Of a DNA stretch of 64,000 nucleotides, positions 25,305 to 39,388 are shown piece by piece. Positions within the stretch are counted from its first letter, which is position 1, and each line of letters starts with the position of its first letter. The notes below the pieces were generated by a model. The model was not told the origin of the DNA. It worked only from the letters and a program-made list of their open reading frames with translations, and made no database searches. Both the position numbers and the translations under genes were made by a program. This DNA is from Eledone cirrhosa (taxonomy: Eukaryota). The stretch covers positions 108,190,001 through 108,254,000 of the forward strand of contig OZ024744.1 of NCBI GenBank assembly GCA_964016885.1, written 5' to 3'.

Positions 25305-28212
25305 GTTAAAGATGTACATCCATATATGTATACTGAAATACTAGTATGTATATGAATACACACACGTATACATATGTAGGTGTACCAAGTTTTTTCACTG
25401 GTCACTTTACTGTGAGTGGCCAGCTATTCTGTATGTAAACACACAGACAAACCGGTTTTTAGAGTCATACTGGTTTTTGAGGAAACACCTCTCCTCTATT
25501 CTCCAGAAAGCCAGACAAGGAATATTGAACTAGTTTCGTTGTTGTTACAACTCATCAGCAATATTTACCTATCTTCCGGCCTCTCTAGAGAATCGTAAAA
25601 GCACATATCGTTATATGCTTTTTCTATGAAAATTAGTAGTGGGCAGACTAATTTGCATAGAGTGTGAGTAAGTACCGGTTCAACGGAGACGATAAAAACA
25701 AATAACGAAACGAAATTAAATTTCGTTTCGTTTGTAACTCACTTTTGTATGACTGACGCTTAAACAATTAAGTTAAAGATGTACATCCATCTATGTATAC
25801 TGAAATACTAGTATGTATATGAATACACACACGTATACATATGTAGGTGTACCAAGTTTTTTCACTGGTCACTTTACTGTGAGTGGCCAGCTATTCTGTA
25901 TGTAAACACACAGACAAACCGGTTTTTAGAGTCATACTGGTTTTTGAGGAAACACCTCTCCTCTATTCTCCAGAAAGCCAGACAAGGAATATTGAACTAG
26001 TTTCGTTGTTGTTACAACTCATCAGCAATATTTACCTATCTTCCGGCCTCTCTAGAGAATCGTAAAAGCACATATCGTTATATGCTTTTTCTATGAAAAT
26101 TAGTAGTGGGCAGACTAATTTGCATAGAGTGTGAGTAAGTACCGGTTCAACGGAGACGATAAAAACAAATAACGAAACGAAATTAAATTTCGTTTCGTTT
26201 GTAACTCACTTTTGTATGACTGACGCTTAAACAATTAAGTTAAAGATGTACATCCATATATGTATACTGAAATACTAGTATGTATATGAATACACACACG
26301 TATACATATGTAGGTGTACCAAGTTTTTTCACTGGTCACTTTACTGTGAGTGGCCAGCTATTCTGTATGTAAACACACAGACAAACCGGTTTTTAGAGTC
26401 ATACTGGTTTTTGAGGAAACACCTCTCCTCTATTCTCCAGAAAGCCAGACAAGGAATATTGAACTAGTTTCGTTGTTGTTACAACTCATCAGCAATATTT
26501 ACCTATCTTCCGGCCTCTCTAGAGAATCGTAAAAGCACATATCGTTATATGCTTTTTCTATGAAAATTAGTAGTGGGCAGACTAATTTGCATAGAGTGTG
26601 AGTAAGTACCGGTTCAACGGAGACGATAAAAACAAATAACGAAACGAAATTAAATTTCGTTTCGTTTGTAACTCACTTTTGTATGACTGACGCTTAAACA
26701 ATTAAGTTAAAGATGTACATCCATATATGTATACTGAAATACTAGTATGTATATGAATACACACACGTATACATATGTAGGTGTACCAAGTTTTTTCACT
26801 GGTCACTTTACTGTGAGTGGCCAGCTATTCTGTATGTAAACACACAGACAAACCGGTTTTTAGAGTCATACTGGTTTTTGAGGAAACACCTCTCCTCTAT
26901 TCTCCAGAAAGCCAGACAAGGAATATTGAACTAGTTTCGTTGTTGTTACAACTCATCAGCAATATTTACCTATCTTCCGGCCTCTCTAGAGAATCGTAAA
27001 AGCACATATCGTTATATGCTTTTTCTATGAAAATTAGTAGTGGGCAGACTAATTTGCATAGAGTGTGAGTAAGTACCGGTTCAACGGAGACGATAAAAAC
27101 AAATAACGAAACGAAATTAAATTTCGTTTCGTTTGTAACTCACTTTTGTATGACTGACGCTTAAACAATTAAGTTAAAGATGTACATCCATATATGTATA
27201 CTGAAATACTAGTATGTATATGAATACACACACGTATACATATGTAGGTGTACCAAGTTTTTTCACTGGTCACTTTACTGTGAGTGGCCAGCTATTCTGT
27301 ATGTAAACACACAGACAAACCGGTTTTTAGAGTCATACTGGTTTTTGAGGAAACACCTCTCCTCTATTCTCCAGAAAGCCAGACAAGGAATATTGAACTA
27401 GTTTCGTTGTTGTTACAACTCATCAGCAATATTTACCTATCTTCCGGCCTCTCTAGAGAATCGTAAAAGCACATATCGTTATATGCTTTTTCTATGAAAA
27501 TTAGTAGTGGGCAGACTAATTTGCATAGAGTGTGAGTAAGTACCGGTTCAACGGAGACGATAAAAACAAATAACGAAACGAAATTAAATTTCGTTTCGTT
27601 TGTAACTCACTTTTGTATGACTGACGCTTAAACAATTAAGTTAAAGATGTACATCCATATATGTATACTGAAATACTAGTATGTATATGAATACACACAC
27701 GTATACATATGTAGGTGTACCAAGTTTTTTCACTGGTCACTTTACTGTGAGTGGCCAGCTATTCTGTATGTAAACACACAGACAAACCGGTTTTTAGAGT
27801 CATACTGGTTTTTGAGGAAACACCTCTCCTCTATTCTCCAGAAAGCCAGACAAGGAATATTGAACTAGTTTCGTTGTTGTTACAACTCATCAGCAATATT
27901 TACCTATCTTCCGGCCTCTCTAGAGAATCGTAAAAGCACATATCGTTATATGCTTTTTCTATGAAAATTAGTAGTGGGCAGACTAATTTGCATAGAGTGT
28001 GAGTAAGTACCGGTTCAACGGAGACGATAAAAACAAATAACGAAACGAAATTAAATTTCGTTTCGTTTGTAACTCACTTTTGTATGACTGACGCTTAAAC
28101 AATTAAGTTAAAGATGTACATCCATATATGTATACTGAAATACTAGTATGTATATGAATACACACACGTATACATATGTAGGTGTACCAAGTTTTTTCAC
28201 TGGTCACTTTAC
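25299..28212 (-). mobile_element. 467-bp tandem array (about 6.2 units), each full unit with a hammerhead on the minus strand; retrozyme or PLE pseudo-LTR concatemer
   Basis: Units start at 25299, 25766, 26233, 26700, 27167, 27634, 28101 (partial); near-identical; HHRs at 25521-25565 plus n x 467. Confidence 0.9.
25521..25565 (-). ncRNA. Minimal type I hammerhead ribozyme (also 25988, 26455, 26922, 27389, 27856)
   Basis: aatattg-CTGATGA-gttgt aaca acaac-GAAA-ctag-TT-caatatt; 7-bp stem I, 5-bp stem II, palindromic minimal stem III, GUU site. Confidence 0.88.
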
Positions 28213-29403
28213 CTCAAAAACCAGTATGACTCTAAAAACCGGTTTGTCTGTGTGTTTACATACAGAATAGCTGGCCACTCACAGTAAAGTGAACAGTGAA
28301 AAAACTTGGTACACCTACATATGTATACGTGTGTGTATTCATATACATACTAGTATTTCAGTATACATATATGGATGTACATCTTTAACTTAATTGTTTA
28401 AGCGTCAGTCATACAAAAGTGAGTTACAAACGAAACGAAATTTAATTTCGTTTCGTTATTTGTTTTTATCGTCTCCGTTGAACCGGTACTTACTCACACT
28501 CTATGCAAATTAGTCTGCCCACTACTAATTTTCATAGAAAAAGCATATAACGATATGTGCTTTTACGATTCTCTAGAGAGGCCGGAAGATAGGTAAATAT
28601 TGCTGATGAGTTGTAACAACAACGAAACTAGTTCAATATTCCTTGTCTGGCTTTCTGGAGAATAGAGGAGAGGTGTTTCCTCAAAAACCAGTATGACTCT
28701 AAAAACCGGTTTGTCTGTGTGTTTACATACAGAATAGCTGGCCACTCACAGTAAAGTGACCAGTGAAAAAACTTGGTACACCTACATATGTATACGTGTG
28801 TGTATTCATATACATACTAGTATTTCAGTATACATATATGGATGTACATCTTTAACTTAATTGTTTAAGCGTCAGTCATACAAAAGTGAGTTACAAACGA
28901 AACGAAATTTAATTTCGTTTCGTTATTTGTTTTTATCGTCTCCGTTGAACCGGTACTTACTCACACTCTATGCAAATTAGTCTGCCCACTACTAATTTTC
29001 ATAGAAAAAGCATATAACGATATGTGCTTTTACGATTCTCTAGAGAGGCCGGAAGATAGGTAAATATTGCTGATGAGTTGTAACAACAACGAAACTAGTT
29101 CAATATTCCTTGTCTGGCTTTCTGGAGAATAGAGGAGAGGTGTTTCCTCAAAAACCAGTATGACTCTAAAAACCGGTTTGTCTGTGTGTTTACATACAGA
29201 ATAGCTGGCCACTCACAGTAAAGTGACCAGTGAAAAAACTTGGTACACCTACATATGTATACGTGTGTGTATTCATATACATACTAGTATTTCAGTATAC
29301 ATATATGGATGTACATCTTTAACTTAATTGTTTAAGCGTCAGTCATACAAAAGTGAGTTACAAACGAAACGAAATTTAATTTCGTTTCGTTATTTGTTTT
29401 TAT
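28212..29403 (+). mobile_element. Inverted continuation of the 467-bp array (about 2.5 units)
   Basis: Reverse complement of the left array; junction cactttaC/Cctcaaaa; ends in (TA)n. Confidence 0.9.
28596..28640 (+). ncRNA. Minimal type I hammerhead ribozyme (also 29063-29107)
   Basis: aatattgctgatgagttgtaacaacaacgaaactagttcaatatt read directly on the + strand. Confidence 0.88.
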
Positions 29404-29420
29404 ATATATATATATATATA

Positions 29421-29519
29421 TAAAACAAGAAGTGTAAGACGACAGGTTAAAATTAACTTCGTTTATTGATATTCGCTGCGAAGTTAATTTTAACCTGTTG
29501 ACTTAAACTTCTTGTTTTA
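29421..29519. repeat. (TA)n-anchored hairpin (about 40-bp arms)
   Basis: taaaacaagaagt..caggttaaaattaacttcg pairs with cgaagttaattttaacctg..acttcttgtttta. Confidence 0.8.
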
Positions 29520-29609
29520 AATTACTCCGGTGGAATCAGACTCACCTGCACACTTCGTTGGGTGCTCTAAACTGTATACTGAAGTGTCGGTAAGCAACCA
29601 ACACATACT

Positions 29610-29705
<96 letters not shown>

Positions 29706-30485
29706 GTGATGAAGTTACCAAGCTGAAATATATATATATATATATATACCTCTAAAACACGTGGATACACCTACTCACAAAACCTTATGCAAACGATCCC
29801 AATATTGATATGCCAGTGGCTGATTAAGGTGTATTGATGACTGGGTTGTAGTCTGGGCCCATTCAGTATTTAAAGGGCACCAATGATATAATTTGCTCCA
29901 TAAATAATATGCATTGTCTCAGATAAAATATACTGTTTTTCAATTATTCAAAATTATGTCCAGATATTTAAGTTTAAATAGGAACCCTGTATTTCAATTA
30001 ATTAATGGAGAATTTTGAGCCATTCGCTAAAATTATTAATTATTTCATTACTAAAATGGTAGATTCACATATTGTTCTTATATCAAATTATTTTGAGATA
30101 TTTTAACTTAAATAGTAACCTTCTGAAATAAGTAGTTTTGTTTCATAGGATCACAGGCAGTTATGGTAATATACGTTGGAAGGTATAGTTAACCTGCCTC
30201 TAATAGGTTGTACTCCTCGTGGGTTTATAACGGAGGTAGCACGTCATGACTTCGCAATATAAGACCTAGCTACTAAAATAGCTGGAGAACAAAGAGATAA
30301 TGAAACATTTTAGTTTCCAGAGGTACAAATAGAAACTGTTGATTGTGTCAAGTTCCTCAGTATGTCTGTTATATATCAACTGCTAAAATGGCATTAACAT
30401 TAAAATAGTGACATTCACTGGGCAACATGGGGCTGTTGATAAAGAAAACATACAGAACTATCTGGTTGAGGGACTACTCGGGAAC

Positions 30486-31974
30486 ACACGCACACACACA
30501 CACACACACACTGACACACACACACAGAGACACACACAGAGACACACACACACTGACAGACACACATACACTGGCACACACACACACACACACAGACAAA
30601 CTGGCACACACAGACACATACACACACACACTGACACACACACACACACACACCTACACACACTGACAGACACGTACACACACACTGACACACACACAGA
30701 CACATACACACACACTGACACACTGACACACACATACACACACTGACAGACACACAGACACTGACACACACACGCACACTGACACACACACATACATACA
30801 CACACTGACAGACACACAGACTCACATACACACAGACACACACACACACACACACCTACACACACTGACAGACACGTACACACACACTGACACACACAGA
30901 CACATACACACACACTGACACACACATACACACACTGACAGACACACAGACATTGACACACACACAGACACACACACACACACATATACACATACTGACA
31001 GACACACAGACATTGACACACACACACAGACACACACACACACACATATACACATACTGACAGACACACAGACATTGACACACACACAGACACACACACA
31101 CACATATACACATACTGACAGACACACAGACATTGACACACACACAGACACACACACACACACACATATACACATACTGACAGACACACAGACATTGACA
31201 CACACACAGACACACACACACACACATATACACATACTGACAGACACACAGACATTGACACACACACAGACACACACACACACACATATACACATACTGA
31301 CAGACACACAGACACTGACACATACCCCCTCCACACACACACACAGTCACACACACACGGTCAGACAGATGCATACACTCAGAGACACACCTACACACAG
31401 AGACACATATACACGCACACACACACATACACACACAGACACTGATACACAGACACACACAGACACACAGATACACAGACACACACAGACACACACACAC
31501 ACACACAGACACACAGACACACAGATACACAGACACTCACAGACACACACACAGACACACGGACACACAGACGCATAGACACACAGACACAGACGCATAG
31601 ACAAAAATGCACAGACACACAGACACACACAGATAGAGACACAGAGAGAGAGAGACAGTCAGACAGACAGACACACAGACAGTCAGACAGACAGACACAC
31701 AGACAGACAGTCAGACAGACAGACAGACAGACACACAGACACACAGACAGACAGACAGACACACAGACAGACACACAGACACACACAGATAGAGACACAG
31801 AGAGAGAGAGACACACACACACAGACAGTCAGACAGACAGTCAGACAGACAGACAGAGAGACAGACACACAGACAGAGAGACAGACACACAGACAGACAC
31901 ACAGACAGACACACAGACACACTCAGATAGAGACACAGAGAGAGAGAGAGACACACACACACACACAGACAGTC

Positions 31975-32007
<33 letters not shown>

Positions 32008-32070
32008 CACAGACACACTCAGATAGAGACACAGAGAGAGAGAGAGACACACACACACACACAGACAGTC

Positions 32071-32107
<37 letters not shown>

Positions 32108-32124
32108 CACAGACAGACACAGAT

Positions 32125-32157
<33 letters not shown>

Positions 32158-32215
32158 CACACACACAGACACACAGACAGTCAGACAGACACACAGAAAC
32201 ACACACACAGACACA
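30486..32215. repeat. Compound (CA)/(CAGA)/(GA) microsatellite with about 60-bp higher-order repeat
   Basis: cacatatacacatactgacagacacacagacattga recurs every 58-62 bp over about 30950-31320. Confidence 0.9.
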
Positions 32216-32303
32216 CGTTTGTGTGTATATATAAGAATTACTTGAGATGTGAAGTACATGTATATCAAAGAACAAACCTAAAATAGAATAAATGGTTTAA
32301 TAT

Positions 32304-32989
32304 CACCACCACCACCACCACCACCACCACCACCACCATCTCGCCGCCGCCACCACCACCACCACCACCACCACCTCGCCGCCGCCGCCACCACCACCAC
32401 CACCACCACCTCGCCGCCGCCACCACCACCACCACCACCACTACCACCTCGCCGCCACCACCACCACCACCACCACCACCACCACCTCGCCGCCGCCACC
32501 ACCACCACCACCACCACCACCACCACCACCACCTCGCCGCCGCCACCACCACCACCACCACCACTACCACCTCGCCGCCACCACCACCACCACCACCACC
32601 ACCACCACCACCACCACCACCACCACCACCACCACCACCACCACCACCACCACCTCGCCGCCGCCGCCGCCGCCACCACCACCACCACTACCACCTCGCC
32701 GCCGCCACCACCACCACTACCACCACTACTACCTCGCCGCCGCCACCACCACCACCACTACCACTACCACCACTACCATCCCACTACCACTACCACCACC
32801 ACCACTACCTCGCAGCTGACACCACCACCACCACCACCACCACTACCACCACCACTACCACCACTACCACCACTACTACCACTACCACTACCACCAGCAG
32901 CACCACCACCACTACCTCGCCGCCGACACCACCACCACCACCACCACCACCACCACCACCACTACTAACACCACCACCACCACTACCAC
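32304..32989. repeat. (CAC)n/(CGC)n/(TAC)n trinucleotide tract
   Basis: Direct inspection. Confidence 0.95.
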
Positions 32990-33599
32990 AAGAATTGCAG
33001 CTTTTTGATCATGTGATCGGATCCCGACTCTTAACCGACACTTCTTCAGATATGAGAATTTACATGGGTGTCTCAGTTTGGATGGAACCAGAACTTTCCA
33101 TTGGATGTAGAAATTCACGTTTGCATCTTTGAGTTACCATATGTGACTTGCCAGTTTCATGGGCGATCGCTTATCAGAGTGTCTAAAGCTTGTCTGATGG
33201 ATGAGGAAGCGTTTTTAACAGAATGCTGGGTTGATATATATATATATATATATATTGTAAAGGAGCATTTCATGCCTAAATTCTCCTGCGTTGAAGGTCA
33301 CCAGTTTTAATAGGATGGTTTTAAGAGTAGATCACCACGAAGAATTGAGGTTAGGCTGTAAGTCTCAGGTTATGTTGCTGCTGTGATAATACCTCTGGAA
33401 GGAATCCTTCCATATCACATTTAAAGGCATTTAGCAGTTAGGATCATCTATAGTTAGTTGCGCCACGAGTAATTAGTTTGGTAGTAAGATGTGGTAAAAA
33501 CATCGACAACGACTTTGGCTTGTTTTACATTATTTATTAACGAGGTTGAGCTGAATAGAGCAGGCATGCCAAGAGCGATAAAACAAACGAATTAAGAAT

Positions 33600-34110
33600 A
33601 TCAGAAGGCACGGTCCACTGGCTGAAGTGTTGCCAGGCCGTGGTTAAGTTGTGTTACATATTGGCAAGTGATTTCACGACGAAAGAAAGTTAGTTGTTTA
33701 CCTTTTTACAGTCAGGATGCAAGAGATAGATTTCTCAATTCAACGCGGGAAATTTTTCCCTCAGGGCGCGTAGAGATACATTCTCCTACGCTGGCGGTCA
33801 TTGGCTGGGCTGAGAATGTATGCGCACGGAGAATGTATGTGAGCCCGCGGAATGTAGGTCACTACACGTTCTTTAAACCGGCTACCGACATACCTACATA
33901 TGTTTTGACCTCCTGTTGTTGATACGGTCGAGTGGATGTAACTGCAGCTTCATAGACGACTGCAGGTATGGTACACTGCTGTGGAAGAGGGCATACTTCT
34001 GGCCTTCTGCAAGAGCATCCGGTTGGGGAAGAGCTCTTGGAGTCGATGGTGATGTGGGCTTTCATATGTTTAACACAAGAATATCCGAGCAAAGGCACAT
34101 ATAAACTTTA
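33600..34110 (-). pseudogene. Penelope-like GIY-YIG endonuclease remnant
   Basis: YSCVKHMKAHIT..GCSCRRPEVCPLPQQC..VVYEAAVT..YVGMS; paralogue of 54266-54763. Confidence 0.8.
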
Positions 34111-34140
34111 GGTCAGGTGTGTATTTGCACATGTAAGCTC

Positions 34141-34228
34141 GCATATCGGATGGGATGTCGAAAAACAGTCGGGTCCATTACCTTGATTATACCCTGAGTT
34201 GACCGATATCGAAGCAATTGTAATATGC
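34141..34228 (+). ncRNA. Decayed hammerhead ribozyme, antisense to and upstream of the GIY-YIG remnant
   Basis: gcatat-CGGATGG-gatgtcg..cgatatc-GAAG-caattg-TA-atatgc: stems intact, three core substitutions. Confidence 0.55.
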
Positions 34229-34275
34229 AAATAAAGTTTGCACATATGCTGCAATACTAACTTCGACTCTTTTAA

Positions 34276-34360
<85 letters not shown>

Positions 34361-34514
34361 CAATATATAGCGGGGAAAGATATAGGAGAGTGTGTCTTTC
34401 CCCTCTATATATTGTATTTTAAAGTGCCCAGGAAAACTATTTCCTTTCAGCTCATTTAATTGCAGGATTATACGCGAGTCCTTTGCTCCGTTATTTTTAC
34501 TTGATACACACACA

Positions 34515-34973
<459 letters not shown>

Positions 34974-35129
34974 TTAAAATGCTCGGATCTATTCAGTGGA
35001 ATCTTTGAGCTTATTCTACAGTGGATATGGCGCATGTCTCGAACATGACTCCTTTAATTTAATTTAACTAAATTTATTTCGGATATATATATGTATATAT
35101 CGATTTATATATACCTATACTTTTAAAAG

Positions 35130-35560
35130 ACAAAAAAGATGGAAAACTCTTACAAAAATATCCTATTATTAAGAGTAAACGACAGCCGAAATCATAAACA
35201 AAATACTGACGAGGGCAGAGCTGCAAACCACAATTATAGAACTCTACGTGAAAAGATGTAACCAACCTCATTGCGGAATATGCAACTACCTATTGGAAGG
35301 TCATGAATTCCACTTCAAAGACGGACCCAACTTCAAAATTAAGAATAACTTCTCGTGCTACACAGAAAACTTAATTTATGTCAACACCTGCCGAGGTTGC
35401 TACGAACATTATGTTGGACAGACGGGGCTGACCCTCAGACAAAGAATGACGGTCCATAGGCAGCACATCAGAGCCCTATATTCTAGAAATATTAATCAAA
35501 GCTAACATAGAAGAATGCGAAGGCAAAACACTTCCAAATTTGGACTTCGTCTGAACGAAA
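35130..35560 (+). pseudogene. Penelope-like (Neptune-type) zinc finger plus GIY-YIG remnant
   Basis: CNQPHCGIC..FSCYTENLIYVNTCRGCYEHYVGQTGLTLRQRMTVH. Confidence 0.8.
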
Positions 35561-36076
35561 AGATAATTGAACCTAAAAAGAAATGTTTTGAAGATCCAAA
35601 ATGGAGAAAGCAGGCTTTGCTAACATCAATTTTTTGTACATGTTATAAAGATCCTTTTTTTTTTATATACCAGGTGTGCTTTTCGAATACACACACGCAT
35701 ATATAGATTGGCAGAGAGGTGAACAGTCCTAATGAAGTGTCATGACTCAGAAACAAGTTGACTGTTCCTCGATGCCAGTGTTGAACAAACAGATGATCAT
35801 GGGTCATCGGCACAGCATAACTTTGTTGGGCCGTTTGCTTGCAAACGAATCGAATATTAGTATTGATGTTCGATATAACCCATATGTATGTATATGTATG
35901 TATGATATAAATATATATATATATATAAATATATATTTAAAAGTTAAACAAGGTTCAATGAATAAATCAAAGAATGAGTTTTACAATAGATTGGAAGCAC
36001 TCAACAGTAATGGTTTTCCGGAGTTATTAATATTAATTCAAAATATTAACAAAATAGATATTCTTGTGATCAAGTA

Positions 36077-36143
36077 TATTTTATTATACATATTTCAGAG
36101 GTACTGAGTTAACTTCAACAGTACGTCCTCATCAGATAAAATA
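36077..36143 (-). ncRNA. Type I hammerhead downstream of the PLE RT
   Basis: tattttat-CTGATGA-ggacgtactg..cagtacctct-GAAA-tatgta-TA-ataaaata. Confidence 0.75.
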
Positions 36144-37249
36144 AGATGATGCATGACATACCCTGACATAGTAGATGGTTAAGATTCAGTCATGGTAGTG
36201 AGTAATATATGACAAAACTCAATATTTATATACCTTAATATTGAAACATGAAAACAACCTACATATAATACATATAATATAGAGGGTGCATGTGAGAAAG
36301 CTTAACAAATACATGGCAGCAATATAACTGTTAGAGATTCAAATAATTTAAATTACTGAAGAAAGAGGAAAGAAAAGAAAGGCATAGAGAAAAAAAACAG
36401 ATGAAGGGATAATATAGCTAGTAGGAGTCTAGAAAGCAAAAGAGAGTTGATTACAGAGAGAGAGATAAAGAGGAATACTTTTTATAGTGTAATATATAGG
36501 GAGATATTAATTGTATATTTTTATATAGAACAACGTTTGGGCTTAGCTTTAGGAAAAAGAAAAAAACTCAATTCATTGAATTATTGAATTATCATCAATC
36601 GAAAATTATTCATCAATCGAAATTTTAAATATAATTGGGTGTATTCATATGAAGGTTAATCCCAAGTCTTTAGATAATTATCTATATATACAATATAAAT
36701 CCAAACATATCTGGTTGACCGTTAACATTCAAATCATTTAATTTAAGTTAGTTCAGAGTAATGAATAATATTTTAGGTTATAAAAGTTAATAAATATCTG
36801 TATTAATATTAAAGTATACTATCATATTTAATTTATAAAATCAAATTTTATGAAATCAAATTTAAAGGATTTACAAACACGAGAAAGAAAACATAATGTT
36901 TTTACATCCTCACGAAGGTAAACTTTACTAAATTTATTATATAATATTAAATTATTTATATTATATTGAAAATAGTTTACATTATATAATTTAGAAAATA
37001 ATTACAGTTATAATTTTTAAAGAATTTTAAGATTAACAATTTGAATGCCTAAAGGATCAGCATGCCTTATAATTAAACTTTAAAAAGTTTGATTATTAAA
37101 TTATATATATGCGTTTATAAAAAAAAATACACAAAGATTATATTGTTTAAAGATTAAGATGATACCTCTCAATTAGACATAACATAATACAATACAATAA
37201 ATAAGTTACTGATAATATTGTTAAAATTAACGTTTTAGATCAATTATAG

Positions 37250-38790
37250 GGAAGGAATTATCTAAAGCTTTAAAGAATAGATTAGCGAGTGGTGTTTTTA
37301 TTGCTACAGAAGCGGGGGGGGGGGGCATATAACTGATTTAGTTCTGTTTTCTTTTCCCCGATTTATTCACAGAATTGGTGTTTGAATTATAATTTTTAGA
37401 ATTTCGTTTATACATGTCAGTCATATTATTATTTTTATCAGGATTATAATTCAAATTATTATTGTCTATATATTCTATATTATTTTTATAACCTGCCTTT
37501 CTTAGCGCATCATTGTAATATCCTGCTTTTTCATCAAATATTGATTTATTCGCAGATATTCTAGTTAGGCGTTTCTGTACACTATTGACAATTGCATGTT
37601 TCACAGATTTAGGGTGATTAGAGTAATAGCTAACGTAATTTAAGTTTTCATTGGGCTTATGGAAAGGGTAATAAAAACCTGAGTTTAAGTTAAGGGTTAC
37701 GTCAAGGAAATTAACTATTTTGGTACTACTTTCAACCTCTAATTTAAGGTCGTAATTTTTAAAGAATTCAATTATAGTTTTCTTAACCCTATTTAGTTCT
37801 GTATTGCTGTGTTTGACAACCGTAAATAAAATATCGTCACTATATAAACCACCGGTAATCTCCGGCAGTTTTCTATTTACCATATTTAAGATGAAAATCC
37901 CCAGAAGATCCGTGACCTGCGCTGAGTCCGATGATCCCATGGTAATGTCAAAGTTTCCATTCCTATCTGAACGGGTCCAATATTCATTGTTGAAATTAAT
38001 TAGAGTTCTTCTAGCAGTTAATATGATATCGATTTCATCCGTAGTTAGATCTGTATGCTTATAAGCGTAGCATAAAGCCTTATTTAATAGGTTAGGTGTA
38101 ATGGAAAAGTAATAGCTTGCTATGTCCATTTGGATGAATTTGTGGTTTTTCTTATCATCTATATTTTTAAACCAATCAATCACTTCATTGGTGTCCTTCC
38201 ATAAGCTCAATTTAGACCTCAATTTCAGAATAGGTAGAATTCTATCAATAATATTCTTACTGATTGATTACTCCAATATCCGATTTAGATGGAGTCTAAC
38301 TGACAGGTCTTCCTCAAAATTTCTTTTGTGATTCTTAAAATTTATCCTCGGCTGTCTAGGTATAAAAGGCTCGGTTCTTTCTTCAATTCCAAATTATGCT
38401 ATTAATGTATATGCATCATTATTGATGTCTGTAAGATCTTCGGCCGGGGCTTTTCTATAATTTTTCCTTAGTTCTTTTAAAATCAAATCATTATATTCAT
38501 TTTTATTTATCCCATATAAATTATTGGTTTTGTCCGACTTCACTAATATTTTATTAACTTTTTTTACACCCGAGATTTTTTCTTTTAGAGTTCTAAGGTA
38601 TTGGTGACCTTTATATGGGTTTTTCCTGAATTTAATTTTCTTAAGTATATTGAGCATTTCAGTTTCAAAATCCTCCAGGAGTTTGTTGTATGGAGGATAT
38701 ATATTGAACTCTCTTGCTATATCCCCAAGGGGAAAACACAATCAACCATAGGCGGCCATCTTTGTTTTCCATTTTTCTCATCATAGGCTG
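37250..38790 (-). pseudogene. Penelope-like reverse transcriptase, disrupted
   Basis: KSDKTNN, FIQMDIASYYFSI, FDITMGSSDSAQVTDL, GLYSDDIL, VNFLDVTL, HKPN..YV..SNHP. Confidence 0.88.
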
Positions 38791-38859
38791 AAGAAATTGG
38801 GACCCAGAACCCAACGAAACTTGAGTACATGTTTATGTCACTGTTGTAATTATATGTAT

Positions 38860-38946
<87 letters not shown>

Positions 38947-39021
38947 AAAATTATAGTACAATAGAAAAAGAGGGCTCGAAATTCTCCGTTTTGGATCTTC
39001 AAAACATTTGTTACTCTGCTA

Positions 39022-39063
39022 AACTGCTTTTTCCTTAAAAGTCCTGCATGCTGATTTTCGACC

Positions 39064-39127
<64 letters not shown>

Positions 39128-39169
39128 GGTTGAAAATCAGCATGCAGGACTTTTAAGGAAAAAGCAGTT
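39022..39169. repeat. 47-bp inverted repeats enclosing a (TA)n tract
   Basis: aactgctttttccttaaaagtcctgcatgctgattttc.accaaatta-(TA)n-reverse complement. Confidence 0.88.
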
Positions 39170-39341
39170 ATATTATTTATAGTTATATATACACTATATA
39201 CAACTATAAACAGGAAAGGTCAGTAATTCATTACTACCTTATTACCAGTAAGAAAAACAGCTCAATGTAAATACATGAGATGTTTTAAAGAGCTGGAATA
39301 TAAATTATACAATAATCTAAGTTATGTTCAAATCATTTTAT

Positions 39342-39388
39342 TGCTGACAATCGTTTCTTCCAAACTTTCGTTTGGAATCATCGGAGCA
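39342..39388 (-). ncRNA. Hammerhead (CCGAUGA variant), left arm of inverted pair
   Basis: Reverse complement of 39536-39582. Confidence 0.7.

Noticed and set aside
25416-25598. Repeated 60-aa ORF (MASYSVCK...) in each 467-bp unit
   Set aside because: GTG start, no recognisable domain, antisense to the ribozyme; it repeats only because the unit repeats
25299-29403. CRISPR array or ordinary satellite
   Set aside because: No unique spacers and a eukaryotic context; HHR content, inversion and TA flanks argue against a plain satellite
30149-30480. Possible host exon after ttgtttcatag
   Set aside because: In-frame stops; IETVDCVKFL.M....LKWH resembles a decayed LINE RT C-terminus
30408-32694. 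Long ORFs rich in VC, HT, W or G (also 44580-46252 and the YI/MYVC ORFs)
   Set aside because: Translations of microsatellites
33262-33310. Minus-strand ctggtga..gaaa hammerhead candidate
   Set aside because: Core A6 mutated and stems I and III weak
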